This document shows positions 60,842-64,000 of a stretch of DNA of 64,000 nucleotides, in pieces (position 1 is the first letter of the stretch; the number at the start of each line of letters is the position of its first letter). The notes under the pieces are model-generated. The model was not told the DNA's origin. It searched no databases and saw only the letters and a program-made list of their open reading frames with translations. The stretch comes from Fibrobacteria bacterium (GTDB taxonomy: Bacteria; Fibrobacterota; Chitinivibrionia; Chitinivibrionales; FEN-1185), in NCBI GenBank assembly GCA_037447435.1, contig JBBIGR010000005.1:1-64000 (forward strand). The letters run 5' to 3'. Position numbers and translations under genes: made by a program.

Positions 60842-61312
60842 ATGATTGTTGTAAAAAAACAAAAACTGTCGCTGAGCGAAAAACTATACGTTTTTGAAGT
60901 CGCTAAAGGCATGTGGGTGACCATCGGCCATTTTATGAGAAATCTCATAAATCCGAGTGGTTTACCGACTATAAATTACCCTGAAGAAAAACGGATACTG
61001 GCAAAAAATTACCGCGGATTGCATCGTTTGTTAAAAAAGGAAACCGGCGAATTGAAATGTACCGCATGCAAGCTTTGCGCCAACGCCTGTCCCGCTCGGT
61101 GCATCACGGTTGAAATGGCCCTCACCGAAGAAGGAAAGCCAAAAAAAACTCCGTCCCGATACGACATTGACATCAGTCGATGCATTTTTTGCGGCTATTG
61201 CGTCGAAGCCTGTCCTTTTGAGGCGATAGACATGAGCTCGGGCATATATGAACTGGCAAACGGCGATTGCAAGAATTACTTATATACAAAAGAGAAACTT
61301 TCATCGTACTGA
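60842..61312 (+). CDS. nuoI: NADH:quinone oxidoreductase subunit I
   Basis: YPEE, CTACKLCANACP, CIFCGYCVEACP. Confidence 0.95.
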   Translation: MIVVKKQKLSLSEKLYVFEVAKGMWVTIGHFMRNLINPSGLPTINYPEEKRILAKNYRGLHRLLKKETGELKCTACKLCANACPARCITVEMALTEEGKPKKTPSRYDIDISRCIFCGYCVEACPFEAIDMSSGIYELANGDCKNYLYTKEKLSSY

Positions 61313-61325
61313 AACAGGAACACCA

Positions 61326-61835
61326 ATGACAGTGTTATTTTTTTCACTTTTTGCAGGGATTGCCGTCATCGCCTCGCTCTGTATGCTCACTCGGAGAACG
61401 GCACTTGGAGCTGCAATTAGCCTGGTAGTGTGCTTTCTTGCCTTTGCAGGTTTATATGCGATGCTTTCGGCACCGTTCGTAGCAGTTATGCAAGTCGTCG
61501 TGTACGCCGGCGCCATTATGATGCTTATAATTTTCGTCATCATGACCGTCGATACCGAAGAGGAAATTCTTCAAAAAGAACGCGGAACAATGATCGGCGG
61601 AATTCTGGCAACAATTATTATGATCGTAGGAATCTGTGTTTACGAACTGGCCTTGCATACGGCATATTTAAAACCACAGGATGCGTCCCTAAACGGAACG
61701 ATCGCAAATATCGGATCTTTGCTATTTACCCGCCATGTCCTGAATTTCGAAATGCTGTCTTTACTTTTGCTCGTCGCTCTTGTTGGAGCTCTGGTTCTTA
61801 CAAAACAACAAAAGAAAAAAACGGAGGCACGGTAG
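61326..61835 (+). CDS. nuoJ: NADH:quinone oxidoreductase subunit J
   Basis: QVVVYAGAIMML, FE..S.LLLVALVGA. Confidence 0.92.
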   Translation: MTVLFFSLFAGIAVIASLCMLTRRTALGAAISLVVCFLAFAGLYAMLSAPFVAVMQVVVYAGAIMMLIIFVIMTVDTEEEILQKERGTMIGGILATIIMIVGICVYELALHTAYLKPQDASLNGTIANIGSLLFTRHVLNFEMLSLLLLVALVGALVLTKQQKKKTEAR

Positions 61836-61841
61836 ACCGCT

Positions 61842-62141
61842 ATGGAATCAAGTGCCTATATCGGCTTGGCAATTACAATCTTTTTTATCGGCGTTTTCGG
61901 CATGCTTGTTCGCAAGAGTGCTTTTTTATTCCTGATGTCCATCGAGCTCATGCTTAATTCCGCAAATCTAGCGTGGGTAACCTTTGCCAAAGTCCATGGA
62001 AATCTTGATGGGCACGTATATGCCTTTTTTATTATGGCCCTTGCTGCAGCCGAAGCATGCGTAGGTCTGGCTATCATAGTCCTATTTTACCGGAAACGAC
62101 GCTCGGTGATTCTCGACAATGCCAAGGAAATGAGTAAATAA
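61842..62141 (+). CDS. nuoK: NADH:quinone oxidoreductase subunit K
   Basis: MSIELMLN, AAAEA.VGLA. Confidence 0.95.
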   Translation: MESSAYIGLAITIFFIGVFGMLVRKSAFLFLMSIELMLNSANLAWVTFAKVHGNLDGHVYAFFIMALAAAEACVGLAIIVLFYRKRRSVILDNAKEMSK

Positions 62142-64000
62142 TGGACCGTCAATCTATCGAACAACTTTTATGGGTTATTCCATTTGCTCCCCTTATAGGC
62201 GCTCTTGCAATAGGATTATTATGCGCTCTTTCGCCCAAGCGAGGCTCGTTTCCGTCGCGAACCGTCGTGGGCTTTCTCGCTTGTTTGGGGCCTTTGGCCT
62301 CATTTATGGTCGCCGGCGGCGTATTCCTTGCTTTAGGAAAATCGCCCGAAACAACGCCTGTGCATCAAACGCTTTTCTCCTGGATACAATGCGGCGCTTT
62401 TTCCATAAATTTTGCCTTTGAAGCCGACCGTCTTACCGCAGTGATGTTGATGTTTGTCACCTTTGTTGGAACGATCATTCATTTCTATTCAATCGGCTAT
62501 ATGGGACATGATAAAGGATATGCACGTTTTTTTTCCTATCTCAATTTATTTCTTTCCGCAATGCTCATTTTGGTACTCGGTTCAAACTTGGTACTCATGT
62601 TTCTCGGATGGGAAGGCGTTGGACTTTGTTCCTATTTGCTCATTGCATTCTGGTTCGATGATGAGGCAAAAGCCATAGCTGGGAAAAAAGCGTTTATCGT
62701 CAATCGAATCGGCGACTTCGGTTTTGTCCTTGGAATCTTTCTCATTTATACCACGCTTCTAAAAAACGGTCCGTCTTCGCTTGAGTTTTCGTTTTTAGCA
62801 ACCCATGCCTATCTTCTTGCTCCCGTAGCTACGATTGCGTCTCTTTTACTTTTTACCGGAGCAATGGGAAAAAGCGCGCAAATCCCCTTGTATGTGTGGT
62901 TGCCCGATGCAATGGCAGGCCCGACGCCGGTCTCGGCACTCATTCATGCCGCAACCATGGTCACCGCAGGCGTTTTTATGGTTGCGCGTATGCATTTTCT
63001 TTTTGACTTATCACCATTGTCCGGACAACTGGTAGCCGGAGTAGGAATTGCCACTGCGTTAGTCGCGGCACTTATCGGATTCGGCCAAAATGATATAAAA
63101 AAGGTTCTTGCGTATTCGACAGTAAGCCAATTGGGATATATGTTTGTTGCCGTCGGGGCAGGAGCCTATAGTGCCGGGATTTTTCATGTATTTACTCATG
63201 CATTTTTCAAAGCATGTCTCTTTCTCGGTGCGGGATCGGTCATTCATGCATTGCACGAAGAACAGGACATACGAAAAATGGGCGGTTTGTTAAAAAAATT
63301 GCCCATAACCGGAACAACATTTTTAATAGCCTGGCTTGCCATATGCGGCATACCTCCTTTCGCAGGATTTTTCAGCAAAGATGAAATTCTTTGGAGTGTG
63401 TTCAACACCTGGGGAGCATATGGTAAAATTTTATGGGTGCTCGGGCTGTTTGGCGCCGGTTGCACGGCTTTTTACATGTCTAGGCTCGTCTTTATCACTT
63501 TTTTCGGAAAAAATCGTTCGTCAACAGCTTTTGAAAAAATCCATGAATCCCCTCCCATCATGACTATTCCGCTTATTATCCTTGCTTTGGGTTCGGTGTT
63601 GGTTGGTTTTTTCGGAATACCGGAAGCTTTAGGCGGATCAAATGTGTTTGCATCATGGTTGACACCTGTTTTCGGCGAACATACCAGTGCGACGCATTCA
63701 AATTTCATTGAGTACGTAGTAATGGCATTATCCGTGAGCGTGGCGTTCATCGGAATCACTATCGCATATATAAAGTACGTTCGAAAGCCTTTTATTGCCT
63801 CTGAACCTCGCGGGATCGCAGCTTTTGCCGAAGCGGCATTTCATGTTGATGCGCTTTACCGAATAGTGCTAATCAATCCTCTCTTTTCTTTTACTCGAAA
63901 CATTCTCTTCCGTGTTGTTGACGTGGCCATCATCGACGGAGCGGTAAACGGAATCGCAAAACTATCGTCCGTTTCAGGGGGCCTTGTTCGTCGGTTACAA
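62141..64000 (+). CDS. nuoL: NADH:quinone oxidoreductase subunit L (3'-truncated; not in the ORF track)
   Basis: ATG 62141 overlaps the nuoK stop; reading by eye gives GWEGVGLCSY, KAFIVNRIGD, GKSAQIPL..WLPDAMAGPTPVSALIHAATMV, HAFFKACLFL. Confidence 0.93.
   Translation, partial: MDRQSIEQLLWVIPFAPLIGALAIGLLCALSPKRGSFPSRTVVGFLACLGPLASFMVAGGVFLALGKSPETTPVHQTLFSWIQCGAFSINFAFEADRLTAVMLMFVTFVGTIIHFYSIGYMGHDKGYARFFSYLNLFLSAMLILVLGSNLVLMFLGWEGVGLCSYLLIAFWFDDEAKAIAGKKAFIVNRIGDFGFVLGIFLIYTTLLKNGPSSLEFSFLATHAYLLAPVATIASLLLFTGAMGKSAQIPLYVWLPDAMAGPTPVSALIHAATMVTAGVFMVARMHFLFDLSPLSGQLVAGVGIATALVAALIGFGQNDIKKVLAYSTVSQLGYMFVAVGAGAYSAGIFHVFTHAFFKACLFLGAGSVIHALHEEQDIRKMGGLLKKLPITGTTFLIAWLAICGIPPFAGFFSKDEILWSVFNTWGAYGKILWVLGLFGAGCTAFYMSRLVFITFFGKNRSSTAFEKIHESPPIMTIPLIILALGSVLVGFFGIPEALGGSNVFASWLTPVFGEHTSATHSNFIEYVVMALSVSVAFIGITIAYIKYVRKPFIASEPRGIAAFAEAAFHVDALYRIVLINPLFSFTRNILFRVVDVAIIDGAVNGIAKLSSVSGGLVRRLQ

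Noticed and set aside
1..64000. CRISPR arrays, tRNA/rRNA, IS elements, prophage, selenocysteine read-through
   Set aside because: No spaced direct repeats, RNA gene signatures, transposase/integrase ORFs or interrupted genes seen by eye; intergenic gaps are short and largely explained by promoters

Overview
A gene-dense bacterial anaerobic-respiration region. I found no rRNA, tRNA, CRISPR array or transposase. In order it carries: (1) an Hmc/DsrMK-like membrane redox module. Its cytoplasmic Fe-S subunit and one heme-b site look degenerate, and its NrfD-type subunit is fused to a hexaheme cytochrome c. (2) acs and a convergent operon korDABC-sucCD-(homocitrate-synthase-like)-gltA-sdhCAB. (3) A sigma54 two-component pair. 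(4) An operon with a polyprenyl synthase, a two-component pair and nqrABCDEF, where NqrA keeps two RnfC-like [4Fe-4S] motifs and NqrD lacks a conserved Cys. (5) A ~10 kb multiheme cytochrome cluster with 60 heme-binding motifs by manual count: a NapC/NrfH-type dodecaheme, a lipoprotein hexaheme, a putative beta-barrel, a decaheme, a lipoprotein nonaheme, a 19-heme CbcL-like c/b cytochrome and a c554-like tetraheme. This looks like a full extracellular electron transfer conduit. (6) System II cytochrome c maturation and heme biosynthesis genes including ahbD. (7) A PhnD-like sensor with a kinase and sigma54 activator. (8) A complex I-like nuo operon without nuoEFG, truncated at the window end. 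Six sigma54 -24/-12 promoters and two recurring palindromes (candidate enhancer-binding sites) tie these blocks together. The best candidate for a new system is the co-regulated acetate-to-extracellular-acceptor respiratory island with its atypical Nqr and Hmc modules. All family calls rest on motif recognition by eye; no database searches were run and the taxonomy is not established.
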